Source: Hemiscyllium ocellatum
Taxonomy: Eukaryota
Length of the DNA: 64,000 nucleotides
Assembly (NCBI RefSeq): GCF_020745735.1
Contig: NC_083433.1
Span: 22,889,363 to 22,953,362, forward strand
Reading direction: 5' to 3'
The notes under the pieces were generated by a model. That model saw only the letters and a program-made list of their open reading frames with translations. It searched no databases and was not told the DNA's origin. How positions within the stretch are numbered: position 1 is the stretch's first letter; each line of letters begins with the position of its first letter. The position numbers and the translations under genes are program-made. Shown here piece by piece: positions 1 through 13,075 of this stretch.

Positions 1-1222
1 CCAAATTCTGTCACAAATATGAAGATGTAATAGTGGACACCTAATTCTTCTCACAACTATATCAATAGAGGTGACAAAATTGTTCACACAGTAATCAATT
101 TTGAGAAGTGTTTGAAAAGAAGACTGCAAAAAGAGTTGCAAGGCATTTTGAACTCAATTCAAGAGTTCAGATATCATCTGTCTGAACTTATGGCCCTTTC
201 ACAGGTCACAAGTGAAATCTGGACATTTCTTGTTGCTTCATAGCACATTGACATTTTTTTCAGACAAGTCTTCACCAAAGAAGTCAAGCTCTTGCGTAAA
301 GCTTCTCATTGTCTGCGCATCCCAAAAAACTTAAGTGAATAAGTTATTCTGTTCAAATGTAGTCACTGTGAAGTGAATGTAGTAGCCAATTTATACACAG
401 TAGGGTCCAAGCACATGACACAAGTGACTCGTTTATTTGTTGTGGATAAAAGTTGAATACTGGCCATGGCACTTAAAAAGAAAATCCTGGCTCTTCAAAC
501 GTAGTAATGGAATAGTTTACATTCATATTAGCGGGCAATCTAGTGTCTTCTAAAAGTACTGCACAGAATTTTCAGCCTCGATTACTTATTTGCATCCTGA
601 GTGGGATAATATTTCTGGCTTGAAGCCAAATACTACAACAACTCGAGACTCACCTGATCTGTAAAATGCTGGGACACCTGATCATAGAGATTTGTTTGTC
701 AGTGAATTACTTGCTGGGCAACCTCAATTACTACAATCTTCAGTTTTATAGTTGCTCTGATGCTGAAGACCTAATTAGCAGCTAAATTCAATTGCAATCT
801 GGTTAGTAGTCGATTGTTGCCAATCCTCTTGGCTTTCAATGAGCAGATTTAAATTATGTAGACTTCAAAATGGCATGACATAAAAAGCCCAAAGCAGGGT
901 AGGAGGCTGGTTTAAACACTGGAATGAATCTCCAAAGCTAATCAGAAAATGAACTGACCCATTTCGAGCTTTTGTTGAGATGCTGGGTGGAAATTCAAAT
1001 CAACTGGTAGTTTTTACTGCCGTGCCTCTGCCTGTTCTTGATTCTTGTTTCTGGGTTTATTTTCCTTCTCCGTGTGGAATTAAGATTGTAAAATATGCTT
1101 TTAATGCTTGCTGCAATAAGACATTATGGTTGGCAGATATGTTACATGTTAGACGGTCAGTTTCACCCGGCATGCTGTTGACTATGAATCGTCATTTAGA
1201 CATTCTGCTGATTCTGGGAAGG

Positions 1223-1542
1223 ATTAGATTCCCTCCAGTGTGGAAACAGGCCCTTCGGCCCAACAGGTTCACACCGACCCTCCGAAGAGCAACCCACCCA
1301 GACCCATTCCCCAACATTTACTCCTGACTAATACACCTAACGCTACAGGCAATTTAGCATTGCCAATTCACCTAACCTGCACATCTTTGGACTGTGGGAG
1401 GAAACCGGAGCATCCAGAGGAAACCCACGCGGACACTGGGAGAATGCGCAAACTCCACACACAGTTGCCCAAGGGGGGAATTGAACCCAGGTCCCTGACA
1501 CTGAGAGGCAGCAGTGGTAACCACTGAGCCACCGTGCTGCCC
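1223..1542 (-). mobile_element. HE1-like V-SINE
   Basis: tRNA-derived head (TGGCTCAGTGGTT.. A box, GGGTTCAATTCC B box), V-domain GGTTTCCTCCCACAGTCCAAAGATGTGCAGG, CR1-derived tail. Confidence 0.88.
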
Positions 1543-1581
1543 CACCTTTATGCTGCAGAAGCAATCTTACTCATGTGAACC

Positions 1582-1770
1582 GAGTCAAAACGTGTAGTGC
1601 TGGAAAGGCACAGCCGGTCAGGCAGCATCCAAGAAGCAGGAGAATCGATGTTTCGAGCATAAGCTCTTAATTGGGAATTCTCCTGCTTCTCAGATGCTGC
1701 CTGACTGGCTGTGTTTTTCGAGCGCCATAGCTTTTGACTCTGATCTCCAGCAAATGCAGTCCTTACTTTA
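1582..1770. mobile_element. Penelope-derived palindromic repeat (family A)
   Basis: Inverted arms gctggaaa.gcacagc.ggtcaggcagcatc / gatgctgcctgac.ggctgtg; the family recurs throughout the window. Confidence 0.7.
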
Positions 1771-2159
1771 TTCCTCATGTGAGCAGAGCAGGAGTCATTA
1801 CTGAGTTGGGATGTTAGATTCTTGTTTAGGAAGTGCCTGGCAGTCAGGAACTGAAGCACTTTGTTACGTTCATGGGATGTGTTGTCCTGATAATGATTAG
1901 ACTCTGGAGATTCCCTTTGCTTTTAAGGAGACTCTGATTTGTGACTAGCATTTTACAGTCTGATATCTGGCTGAAGACATTTGCACCCTGCAAAAATAAT
2001 TGGCATCAAAGTTTCTGCATAGAGTCTGAACTCCAGAAGGGTACCTGTGGTCTGGTACATCTGCATTTAGCTGTCTCAACAGCCACTCTATTCAAACAAA
2101 TATTTAATTTCTTGATTTGTAGCCTTCATGTGTGATCCAGAAACTTCTCTTTATTTCAG

Positions 2160-2208
2160 GAGGAAGAGGCTCGCCGTCCAGGGGCAGCTGGATTCGGTGG
2201 TTTCCCAG
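2160..2208 (+). CDS. ST13: ST13 (Hsc70-interacting protein, Hip) internal coding exon
   Basis: ttttcag-type acceptor (AG 2158-2159) and GT donor 2209-2210. Translates EEEARRPGAAGFGGFP(G), matching vertebrate Hip EEEARR..G.FPG. Its phase-1 end joins the next exon. Confidence 0.93.
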
Positions 2209-3261
2209 GTTGGTTTTTCTGTATTCCTTTGGCCAATAGAGGATGAACATCCCGATTCAGTGGTGACTGCTGTTTTAAGACAGCTGCGAGAAACGCAACA
2301 GCTGACCAGGGACACTAAATGTTATACTGGGCAAATCCTTCCAACCACTTCACTAAATTAGATTGGACCTGAACAGTTTTGAAATAAAAATTGTTCATCA
2401 AAATGGGGTTGCCAAGATTTGCAATGAAATATTTCACATTTCTGGTATGGTTATCAATGTTCCTTGGGTGGTGAGATGCTCTCCGTAATCAAGTGGGAGA
2501 TCGAAAGAACAGCAAGCCAGGCAGGATCAGGAGGTGAAGTCTATGTTTCTTAAGTAACTCCTCTTCAGGATTGGGGGTGGGTGTAAATGGGAGAGGGGTG
2601 AGGTAGGGATCGGTGAACAAAGATAGAGAGTAGGCCCCATGCTCTCTGTAGCTAGTGGTTGCTGCCTCAAAATTTTTGATTTCTTCACCTTTAGCCTCCT
2701 TTCTAATTTAGCTTGTGAATGTTTTAGCATCAGTTTGAATTGGTTACTCACTGTGGAAGTTGTCCTTGAAAAAATGCACTTGTGTGTCCCTAGAAGGCCT
2801 TGATTTGCCTTTCTGTATGCTATTTCCGGTTGATCACAAACTGACAGCCTCCTCAAATTAAGCTCTGAGTTCTGCAACACTGCCAGTAATATGTACACTC
2901 CATCACTTTTGCATCATTTTAATTCATCACGTCCAATTCTTACTAGGCTACAGTTTCAATCAACATTCTGATTGTTCCCAAGAAGTGGCTGATTTTCATT
3001 TTGCTGTCCCAGACAGTGAATGTCAGCAGTTGATAATAGAGGGCATCGCAGTCAACTCTGCTCCTATTCTTGCTCAAATGTCATTACATATACACTTACC
3101 AACAGGAGTTAGTAAGTCAGAAACTCAGTGTCTGGCCTTGCTAGACCAAAAGTAACTGGCCATTGCTGTCTCAGTGAAGACTGGGTGACTTTCATAAACT
3201 AGTCATTTCCTATATCTGCTGCTCTTGTATGAGTGCATTTTGGTAAAACAAGCAAAGGCAG

Positions 3262-3990
3262 TTGATGGTAGGGCCCTAGGTGGTGTTGTTGAACAGAGAC
3301 CTAAGGGTTCAGGTACGTTGTCTACCTGCAACGCAAGTTTCAAAGAACTGAGTGGTAAAGAAGGCGTTTAGCACATTTACCTTCATTGCTCATACCATTT
3401 GAGTATGGAAGTTGAGATGTCATGTTGTACAGAACATTGGTGAGGCCACTTTTGGAGTACAGTGTACAGTTTTGGTCACCCTGCTATTGGAAGGGTATTA
3501 TTAAATTGGAGAGGGTTTAGAAGAGATTTATCAGGATGTTGCCAGCACTGGAGCGTTTGAGTTATATGGAGAAACTGGATAGGCTGGGACTTTCTTCACT
3601 GGAACATAAGAGGTTGAGGGGTGACCTTTATAAAGGTTTATTGAATCATGAGGGGGCATAGATAAAAGTGAATAGCAAAGGTCTTTTTCCTGGGGTGGGA
3701 AAGTTCAAAACTAGGGGGTATATTTTTAAGGTGAGAAGAGAAGGATTTAAAAGGGACTTGAGGGGCAACTTTTTATCTCGCAGGATGGTTTGTGTGGAAT
3801 GAACTGCCAGAGGAAGTGTTAGATGTGGGTACAGTTAGAACATTTAAAAAACATTTGGATAAGTATATGAATAGGAAAGGTTTAGAGTGATATGAGACAA
3901 ATGGAGGCAAGTGGGACTAGATTAGTTTGGGAATATGGTCAGTGTGGACTGGTCGGCCTGAAAGGTCCATTTTTGTGCTGTCTGACTCTG
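3262..3990 (+). mobile_element. CR1 LINE 3' fragment
   Basis: Degenerate RPLLEYxVQFWSP / RLRGDL motifs and CR1 3'UTR ending in tgactct. Confidence 0.85.
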
Positions 3991-4934
3991 TAGAATTTGA
4001 ACCCAGGATAATTTGGAAATCCAATTTGCTTATTATTCATAGATATTCCTGACTGATGTACTAATAACTGAGTTCAATTCTACATTGTAGATCAAGTTTT
4101 TATACAGAAATAAAGCTGTAAATCACAATGGGTCAGGAAACATCTGTGGAGAGAGAACAAACTTGAGTTTTGGGTCTTAAGGCTCAAAACGTTAGCTTGC
4201 TCTCAGTAGATGCTGTTTGACTTGTGATTAACAGCATTTTTTTGTTTTCAGTACAGATTCCAGCATCTGCAGTAATTTGCACCTAAATACTTGTGTTCTA
4301 ATATGGTCTTGGATGTCTGATAGTTTAAATGGTCTCTGAGTCTGCGTGTAAGCCAGTGCCGTTTAGTTTTCCTCATTACCTATATTGTAGTTTTCCATAA
4401 ACGGAGTGATTATCCATAACGTCAAGGTATTGCATGTGACATGAGGCTAGCTGCACAGGACAAGCTGGAAGAAGCATTTATTTTGAGCACACTGACCGTG
4501 CTAGTGCATGCACTGCTGAGGAAGGGACTGAGGAGCTTAAGGCTTTTCCCTTCCCAGCTAGAGCAGGGACAAGGGTCATCCATGGAAGTGGGAGTTGGGG
4601 TAGCGGGGGGGGGTTGTCTGCAACTGAAATGCAATAGCCTCTTTTTTAAAATTTTTTTAAAACAATTGTCAGAACCTGAAAGATGTTTCTGAACATATTC
4701 TGTATCATGTCATTTTGGAAGCTGGCTGCTGCTTTCTAACATTTGCCAGTGAGGTCAGCTTTCCCTTTGCATATATGCAGTCTGGCTGGTGTTTATACAA
4801 GCAACAGCCTTCCATATGTATCTGTTCAATTAGAGTTCAGATCCATCAATCATGGGAGAGATCAATGTATCTGTGCTGCTTTATAATCACCTTGTTCTTG
4901 AATTCAGCATCAATGTTAATTTTCCTATCTTCAG

Positions 4935-5032
4935 GAGGTGCTGGTGGTTTTCCAGGTGGAATGCCTGGGATGGCAGGAATGCCTGGTCTGAATGATCTAC
5001 TTGGTGATCCAGAGGTGCTTGCAGCAATGCAG
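4935..5032 (+). CDS. ST13: ST13 coding exon (GGMP repeats, start of STI1/DP domain)
   Basis: AG 4933-4934 and GTAACT donor at 5033. Translates (G)[32 protein letters not shown]; splice phases are consistent. Confidence 0.96.
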
Positions 5033-6109
5033 GTAACTGTAATACGAATTTTCAATCTCGGAGTGCAGTCCTATCTGGTAGTTGCTCACTAAAATGCACT
5101 CGTCACCAGAATCACCATTACTGTGGTGGGTAGTTGAGAGATTGGGATTGGAATCCTGACACTTAAGCCCCTGTGCTGTCTGATCCAAATGATGCCAGGT
5201 CACTGTACATATCCAGGAGTGTCAAATTGTTGACTTGGCTTATTGAAACAGGTAGATGGTGGGTGTTTTTTCTAAATATGGAATGTGAATGTCCAGCTTG
5301 AGAAACTACTGCTTCTGGTGAACATCTCATAGAGAAGTGAGATGTGCATTCTGCATTGTGTTTCCTCTTGGTACATTTGTGAAGTACTTGTTCTCTCTTC
5401 CAATCATTGTTTCCCTCTCCCCTCTTTTTTAATCACGTCGGAAAAGAGCAGTTTGTAGTCCTTTCAGCTGCGTTGCACCAACTCTATTTGATTAGTTACA
5501 GGTCAAAAGCAGCACATGTACAGGAAGAGAGAGATGTTTTCACTTCCCCCTCATCTTGTTTTGAAGGCAGTGATTCATACTAGAATGCACCTTCATGTAA
5601 AGCTAAGAAACTGTATCACCCCCCCCCCAAAGTCATGTTTAATATCGTTTTGGACAGAATTGTATTGGGAATTGGGAAGGGGTGACAGTAAGGTAGAGGA
5701 CCATAGGGCTGCTCTCATTATTAGTGTTGGTTTAACCAAAAGGTTGCTATCCCTTAGGTGAGACTTACCCTTCCTGTAATGGCTAAGGTGTATGTGAATG
5801 AGGAGAACTGAACCATTGCCACAGTTATTGATGGCTGTACTTCTAGTAAACTCACATTTGTGATTTGGAGTTGGCATGATCGCTAACCTGAGATTGCTCC
5901 ATCACTTTTCATGACACCTGTTAATTGAGTACAAATGGGGGAGTAACTCTGGGACCTTGCTTAGTATTGTACTGCATGCTGTGATCCTTAGTTAGCCTCA
6001 GAAACTGGAAGAGTTAATCAAAAGAAAATTATGAAGCTAGCCTTAAACCTTCAGCATTTTTCTACATTCCGTGCCTATTAAAGCATTATTTAACTGTTTT
6101 TCTCTGCAG

Positions 6110-6238
6110 GATCCTGAGATAATGGCTGCATTCCAAGATGTGGCCCAGAACCCAGCTAACATCTCGAAATACCAGAACAACCCCAAGGTGATGAACTTCG
6201 TGGAGAAACTATCATCTAAATTTGGTGCCAAGCCATAA
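6110..6238 (+). CDS. ST13: ST13 last coding exon (STI1 domain C-terminus)
   Basis: tctctgcag acceptor; [42 protein letters not shown] with TAA at 6236-6238. Confidence 0.96.
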   Translation, partial: DPEIMAAFQDVAQNPANISKYQNNPKVMNFVEKLSSKFGAKP

Positions 6239-6581
6239 AGAGCCAGATCACGGAATGTCTGAAATAAAATCTTAATTAGAACTCCCTCCCTACCACCCAT
6301 GCACTGCTCTTGCATCTATATACCTCCCAAAGTTCAGAGTAGCCTGCTTTATTTTTGGGTCTTTTTCTTACTAGATTTAATTTGATCTTTTGGAATTTTT
6401 TTGACACAACAGTAAAAAAAAATGTTGCTCATGCAAAACCTCTCCTGCTGCTTAATATCTTTAGTGACCTGGGTCTGGTAACAGGTTTATTACTTACACC
6501 GAGACTTGGAGTTCTAACCCTTTCACTAGCAAACTTTGGGGATATTTGATGCCTCTATTTTAGCAAATCAGTTAATGCTAA

Positions 6582-6587
6582 AATAAA
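6582..6587 (+). terminator. Candidate ST13 polyadenylation signal
   Basis: AATAAA about 345 nt after the ST13 stop; another AATAAA lies near 6263. Confidence 0.5.
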
Positions 6588-7924
6588 CTGTTTAAAACTG
6601 TAGAGTGGAGAGTTAATACAAACATGGATTGCCTTAGAAAGAAAAACACGGGAACAAATTAACTGTATGTGTGGAGTCCAGACATTAATGTGCTTCTAAC
6701 CTACCTTTGGCATAGTTAAGCACAGTTTGTATTGTGGCATGAGACTATAGGCAGCAGATGTATTTCAGATTTAAAACTTTGATTAATCCTCTGCTAGATA
6801 ACATTAAAGAAGCCTTGTTCTCCTGCCTGCTGAGTTAGCTAATCTCCAGGGGGATTCATTTGGATGCTGTGGGTCATCTTTGACTACATAGGTGAGCAAT
6901 CCCTACTTCACTATCCAGTGATTTTACTGCATGTTGTGGTTTTTGAATATGAAGAGAAGTTTGACAAACTTACACTCTGGCCAAGCAGCTTTCTGACCTA
7001 ACTATTTTTGTTAAAAGTGACAAACCGGGAGATGTATCAGTGGGCTGCAAGTACCCTTACAGCTGCAGCCAAGGATAAATGACTGACTGTCGACATAAAT
7101 GCTAGTTTCATGGTAAGGTACTAGAGGGGAAAGGAATGAAGGTTGAGCACTTCCTATGTGAAATGTTTTGGGTATTCAGTCAAAAGGACACTTTATTGCC
7201 CTTGATACCCACTACATGACAGCCTAGTCAGTTGATACAAACTAACACCTTGGTCTTTATTATCCACCATACAACTTTGTGCACCCAGTTGTCAAGTAGT
7301 TACTGCTGAGGTTGCAACTAGGTTAATTGGTTCAGTTGTATTTCTACCCAGTAACAATCAATACATTTTGAAAAGCAGATTAATGACTATCTGACGAGAG
7401 CAATATTAAATGTAAATATCAAGCATGAGAACTCTACTTATTCTGACCCTAAAAATGTCTTTGTTTGCCTCCTTCAGAAGATTAAATTCTGGTGAATTCA
7501 TGGTTGTGTCTGTATTAAGCCAGTGTTATTTAGACTGTTGTAGACTGATTTCTTATGAACAAGATTTTTATATTTTTATAGAACTCTATACTATTAACCA
7601 TCCTTGTTTAATAGTGGGGAAGCAGATGAAAAGAGCAAGTGGGCAATTTTACACTCTTGTCGGAGAAATTAAGTTCCCAGAGGTATAATTGTAGAAATTT
7701 CTATACTGAAGGGGCAGAATCTGTATGATGTATGTAGTTATGCTGCCCTTTTCTCCCATCTGCTAACTCTGATGAACTGTGGATACCCCTTCAGGGGGAT
7801 GGAGCTGTAAGTCTATGATCACTTGGGAGTTTTTTTTTAGTTCCGGAAGTAAATGGAACTAGGGTGAAATTGTTCCTCCTTCCCTCCCTCCCCCTCACCT
7901 TCTCTGAATGTTAATTGATGGTAG

Positions 7925-8115
7925 CCATGATATGAAGGTGCTGGTATTGGACTGGGGTGGGCAAAGTCGTAAGTCACATGACTCCAGGTTATAGTTCAAG
8001 AGGTCTATTTGAAATCCTAAGCTTTCAGAGCACTGATCCTTTGTCAGATGAAGTCAGCAGCAGTGATTTCAAGTAAAACTATGGGACTAAAAACTGGTGT
8101 CGTGTGACTTATGAC
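7925..8115. mobile_element. Penelope-derived palindromic repeat (family B), degenerate
   Basis: ggactggggtg..aaagt..ccaggttatagt and an inverted partner; same family as 30077, 31220, 41255 and 49680. Confidence 0.65.
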
Positions 8116-11100
8116 ATATTAAATCGAGGCTGAAAGGGACCGGGATCTCCCAGACTCAAACTTGAACAGACTGTCATCCTTCCATGTTTAAAAAGTAACA
8201 AATAAAACATCAAATGTTCTCCTCCAAAAGAATTTCTTAACAACACAATATAATGAAAGTCTATTTTAGAAAAAAAACCCTGCTAGTGCTTTAATGATGC
8301 TGGTTGTTTTCTTCACATGTTCAAACATACAGCAATGAAGAATGTCCTGTTAGCCTCAATGCAGCTGGAGCATATGACACCCATTAACAAAACTGGAGGA
8401 TTCCTTCATGTACAGCCTCCCTAACATAAGCATTTTTCAAACCTGTCACTAATTATTATTCTTTATTCATGGTTCATGTTCATTTATTGCTGTTTCTGTC
8501 CAACCCCAGTGTACTCTCATGTCCTTGTTCATCCCTATCCTTGAATACCATCTCAGCTCAGTGAGGTCTGTAGTCCTATTGGTATGAGCATTGTAGCTCA
8601 CCTCATGGAAAGATGGGCACCAGTTCTTGCTCAAGTCTAGTCTTCAAGGGTTGTGAATCACACTCTGGTGCCAAGTGTTTCAAGGGTCACACAGGGCTGT
8701 TTACTCAATAAGGTACTATGAATTGTAGAAGTACATCAGTCAATCCCCGTATCAATCTGCTCTGGGTCTTGTGGCAAGATTATAAATTTCTTCTGAACCC
8801 ACTTGGGAGAATTTCACAATGAGGCTTCTGCTGTTTGACTGCTGTAAACTTTCCACAACAGGAAAAGTCAAAACACCTGGGGCTACAAACCACCACAGCC
8901 TGTACCATAACTCCCACTGGACTGTGAGCAACTGCTTGGAAGAAACACTCAACCACCCCACTGGCCTAGACTCAACCTGCTGAATGGCTGCTTCCTGTAC
9001 TTAGTTATTATAAGATCAGCCAACCACAGTTGATTAAAAGCAGCCAGTTGATGAAATAGTTACAAGTCTGCTCCACTATTCTTATAAAATCATATCAAAT
9101 CATTAACTCCACTCTCCTAGACACTTCTTTTTACTGTTTTCCTTGATTTTTTTTTCAATCCTGCTGTTACTGTTATCTCCTTTGGTGTCTCTCAAATCAG
9201 TGGATTGTATTCTGGAAGCAGGCGTGGAGGGTGTGCCAACATTGCTGGACATGGGGCTAAGCCCAAATGCACCTGGTCCACACCCATGTTTATTGGAAAG
9301 GTGGGCGGCCACCAAGAAACTGCTAATCCTGCCAGTGGCACACCAGTAAAAATCCACCCTCCTTTTGAGTAAACATTGCAAAAACAGCATTCAGAATGAT
9401 AACATTTATATATGGAGTGCTCTCTTTTAAAAAGAACACAAACCATTAGTTTTGAGATCTAAGCCTTTTCCCAAAAAAAGTCACAAGTCAATCTTGTGTG
9501 CAAAGCATTAAGCTCAAATTGTCAAAAAGACTGTATAATTTGAAGTGAGATTTTTAAGAAAATAAACAAATAACTTTTAAAAACTCGATTTTAAGTGCTC
9601 TAAAAACATTTTATACAACCCTCCCCTCCCATACAATGTACAGACAGGAGCAGTCCTTTTAAGACCAGGCTACACCAACCAGATTTCAGCAATGTGCTGA
9701 AAGGCTTGGTACCAATGATTGTTCTGCCACACACTACACTGACAACATTTCATACTGTGGCTTGTAAAAGATTATTCAAATCTGCACCAAAAAAAGACTG
9801 CTAAATTCTTCTTTAACATTATCCCATAAATGCACTTTTTTTTTGAAAAAAATTATGTAAAAAGATACCACCTACAATAAAACTTTACATCAAACCCTGT
9901 AGTGACTCCACTATGCATTGAATACCATGAAGCGGTTAGTCAGCCCAAATTACTCGAAACAAAAATGTCCGTGTGAATACAGGGTCCATCCAAATAGTTT
10001 CCAAATTGACCACAATCTTTCTTAAGAATCAACCTAATCTCAGACCACAGGTAGAGCATCCCAGAAGGTACAGGGTCACTCTTTCTCTCAGATCAAATTC
10101 TTTACCATTAACCCGATATTTTCTCTTCAAACATTTTTTGTGAAGTGATTTGGCTTGATCAGTGTGAAGAATGGTGTTTGCTTCATAACTGATATTAAAT
10201 CTTAACGTGTCTTGGGGTTCTTCCAATCACACAACTCTATAAATCAATTGCTGGATGCAGTGGCAGCCAGAAGGTCCCAGTTTCCATTTCTGGTCTGTGC
10301 AAAGTTGCTCTGAGGTATCCATTGCACTGCTAAATTGGATCTCCTGGGTCAGGCCAGGAATAAAGTAATGAAGCCTGGCCTATTGCTGCCAATTCACACT
10401 CTAGTAACCTTTCGGTGGAAAGTACGAGCATGTGATAAAGTAAGCAGCAAACAATGCACATTACTCCCCCAGTCAAACTGACTGCCAGTGTTTGTTAAGC
10501 AAGATATGTATGTCAGGGAAAGTCACCTCATAGCAAGGAGCGCAGGTAAGTGACACAGTACCTCAACTGAGGCACAGTCTCCAGGAAGCAAGGCACAAAA
10601 TAAAAAGGAGCAACAGTCTTTCACTAGGAGACAAATGGTCCAACGTTCTCGCGCCTGTCATTAACTCCTATAACAAGAGATTTGCTCTTTTAATGATGGA
10701 TTAATTTGCCATTTAGATTGACACTGGTAGACAAATTCCAAAAATCGGGTTATTAAAAAAATGTAATTTCATATTTAAAACATTTACTTGCTGCTAAAAT
10801 GTGGTGGTTGCTGAAGTAAATTTAGTAACAGCTATTGGATTTACCTGGATGTTGTGAAATTATAAAATCAGCCATATGAGCCAATAGGCTCAATGACAGG
10901 AGATCCAGACAACAAGCTTATTGCTCAGAGGCAACTGGCCAGAGAGGAAACTGCAGCAATCTGAACTGGCCAAGAAAAAAAACAACCCCTTCCACCTTTG
11001 TTCACAGAGCTGGGACCAGAGGACACTCAAGGCTGCTCTCACTCTGGAAGGATGGGAAGGAGTTTAGTTTGGGAGGAATGCGACTCAAAAGGTCCCTTAA

Positions 11101-11173
11101 TCTCAAACTCAATAGACTGGCCACACTGTCCTCCATTCTCACAGTTCACACTAACAAGTCTCTTCAGTCTCCC

Positions 11174-11467
11174 TTAGAGGATGCCAGTCCCTGGGACTAG
11201 CACAGATGGAACTGGCTCCACCTCCACTTTGGGCCTCCTAAGCATTGCCAGCATCTGTCTTCCATCAGCGTCCTGACTTTCAGACTCCGCATCACCGAAG
11301 GAGCTCTTGATTATCAGTGGCGAAGCTGCCACCAGCCCATGCCATTCCCGTTCCTCCTTGACGCCCTCCTGCATCCTGTCAAGATTAAGGAAAGCTGAGA
11401 TTTCTTTCTCGACTCTCACTGGCTCCTCTTTGATGCCTTGTTCAGTGGCTTCAATGTGCTGAATGGC
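11174..11467 (-). CDS. TFAP4: TFAP4-like last coding exon
   Basis: AAG acceptor; AIQHIEATEQGIKEEPVRVEKE...GTGIL*. AIQHIE matches AP-4 and the rest is divergent. The seven exons total 1095 nt, i.e. 364 aa plus stop. Confidence 0.9.
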   Translation of the reverse strand, partial: AIQHIEATEQGIKEEPVRVEKEISAFLNLDRMQEGVKEEREWHGLVAASPLIIKSSFGDAESESQDADGRQMLAMLRRPKVEVEPVPSVLVPGTGIL

Positions 11468-11689
11468 CTTAGAAGAGAAAGAATATTTAGGTGACTGCTA
11501 AAAACAACAAAATAAATTTAATACTGAGATGACCCCTCTTATGCAAATATATCTCAATATTTAATAGTCCCCTTTTATGAAATGGGTCAGCTTTCCCCAC
11601 CCCAACCCTGCTACTGTGCTGACAGATCCACAAAGTCCAGCACTTGCCTCAGGTATCTCCTCTCAAATCAGCCAGTTAGGACACTGGAA

Positions 11690-12195
11690 AAAAGTGAGGA
11701 CTGGAGATCAGAGTCAAAAAGTGTGGTGCTGGAAAAGCACAGCCGGTCAGGCAGCATCCAAGGAGCAGGAGAGTCGATGTTTCAAGCATAAGCTCTTCCT
11801 CAGGAATGAGGGGATGGCCAAACTCTAGCATCGTCTTCTGCCTTGGGACCCTCCAAAATACACGGATCAATGTAGATTTCACCAGTTTCATTGTTTCCCT
11901 CCCCCCACCTTATCCCACAGTCAGCCTTCTATCTTGGCACCACCCTCTTAAACTGTCCTACCTGTCCATTTTCCTTCCCACCTAAACGTTCCACCTCCCT
12001 TTCCAACCTATCACCATCACCCCCACCTTCATCTACCTTCCCCTCCCTCCCTCAGCTTCACCCCCTCCTAATTATCTCTCAGCCCCCTTGGGCCATCCCC
12101 TCATTCCTGAAGAGCTTATGCCCGAAACATCAAATCTCTTGCTCCTTGGATGCTGCCTGACTGGCTATGCTTTTCCAGTGCCACACTCTTTGACT
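11690..12195 (+). mobile_element. Penelope-like element 3' end with inverted terminal (pLTR) copy
   Basis: 11830-11889 reads IVFCLGTLQNTRINVDFTSF, resembling the LxTLxPxGxN C-terminus of PLE ORFs. It is flanked by family-A arms in opposite orientations. Confidence 0.7.
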
Positions 12196-12346
12196 TAGGA
12201 GACTGTAGGCCATCTCAATCCTGACAGAAGGAGGAAACCACTCCCTGGACAAGAGTGACCACCCCCAAGAGCAATGCATAAACCTACTGCAGCGCTCTGA
12301 TCCTGTAAATAAGATATTGTGCTTCTGAATCCACACACCCCCATAC

Positions 12347-12511
12347 CTGTACAATAGTGTCCAAGTTCTGTTTCGATGTGGACACTGTACTGATGACGGA
12401 GCTCGGTGCCATGGTTACCACGTTGACCTGGAGGACACTTGGAGGCAGAGGTGCTGGCACTATGACAGTTGGGTGTTGAGTTGGTGCCGGGGGACTGTGT
12501 GCGACGGACAG
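12347..12511 (-). CDS. TFAP4: TFAP4-like exon 6 (P-rich, TIV motif)
   Basis: LSVAHSPPAPTQHPTVIVPAPLPPSVLQVNVVTMAPSSVISTVSTSKQNLDTIVQ; TAG acceptor, GTATGG donor. Not present in the ORF track. Confidence 0.93.
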
Positions 12512-12751
12512 CTAATGGAGAGAAACGAAAAACATCTTCAGAAAAAGCATCAGAGGCTGTTTATATAAAACATTCAGCTGCAAACAAGTGAAGGAGGGGG
12601 AGACAGGCAGCAGAGAGTGAGTTAGGCAGAGAAAGTGGAAGCTGGAATGAGAAATACAGGCAGTGGAAGAAATGGATACAAACGGACAGATGGGCTTAGG
12701 ACAGAAAGAGTGGGTCAAAAAAGGAGAACGTAGGGAAGCACATTAAAAAAA

Positions 12752-13075
12752 ATGCAGCACGGTGGTTCAGTGGTTAATACTGCAGCCTCACAGCACCAGA
12801 GTACCTGGGTTCGAATCCAGCCTTGGTCGACTGTCTATGTGGAGTTTGCACATTCTCCTGTGTCCGTGTGGGTTTCCTCCCACAGTACAAAGACGTGCAG
12901 GTTAGGTGATGTGGCCATGTTAAAATTGCCCACTGTGTTCAGGGATGTGAAGGTAAGTGTATTAGTCAGGGATAGATGTAGAGTAATGGGGAATGGGTTT
13001 GGGTGGGTTACTCTTTGGAGGGTCGGTATGGACCTGTTGGGTCAAATGGCCTGTTTCCACACTCTAGGGAATCTA
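12752..13075 (+). mobile_element. HE1-like V-SINE
   Basis: cacggtggttcagtggtt head, gggttcgaatcc B box, V-domain and tail. Confidence 0.85.

Noticed and set aside
1240-1564. Recurrent ORFs such as METGPSAQQ.. and ..SSHSPKMCRLG..
   Set aside because: These are translations of HE1 SINE copies, not genes.
10789-10796. 8-mer miR-15/16 site TGCTGCTA
   Set aside because: It is on the + strand, antisense to the TFAP4-like UTR and far beyond the likely ST13 poly(A) site.
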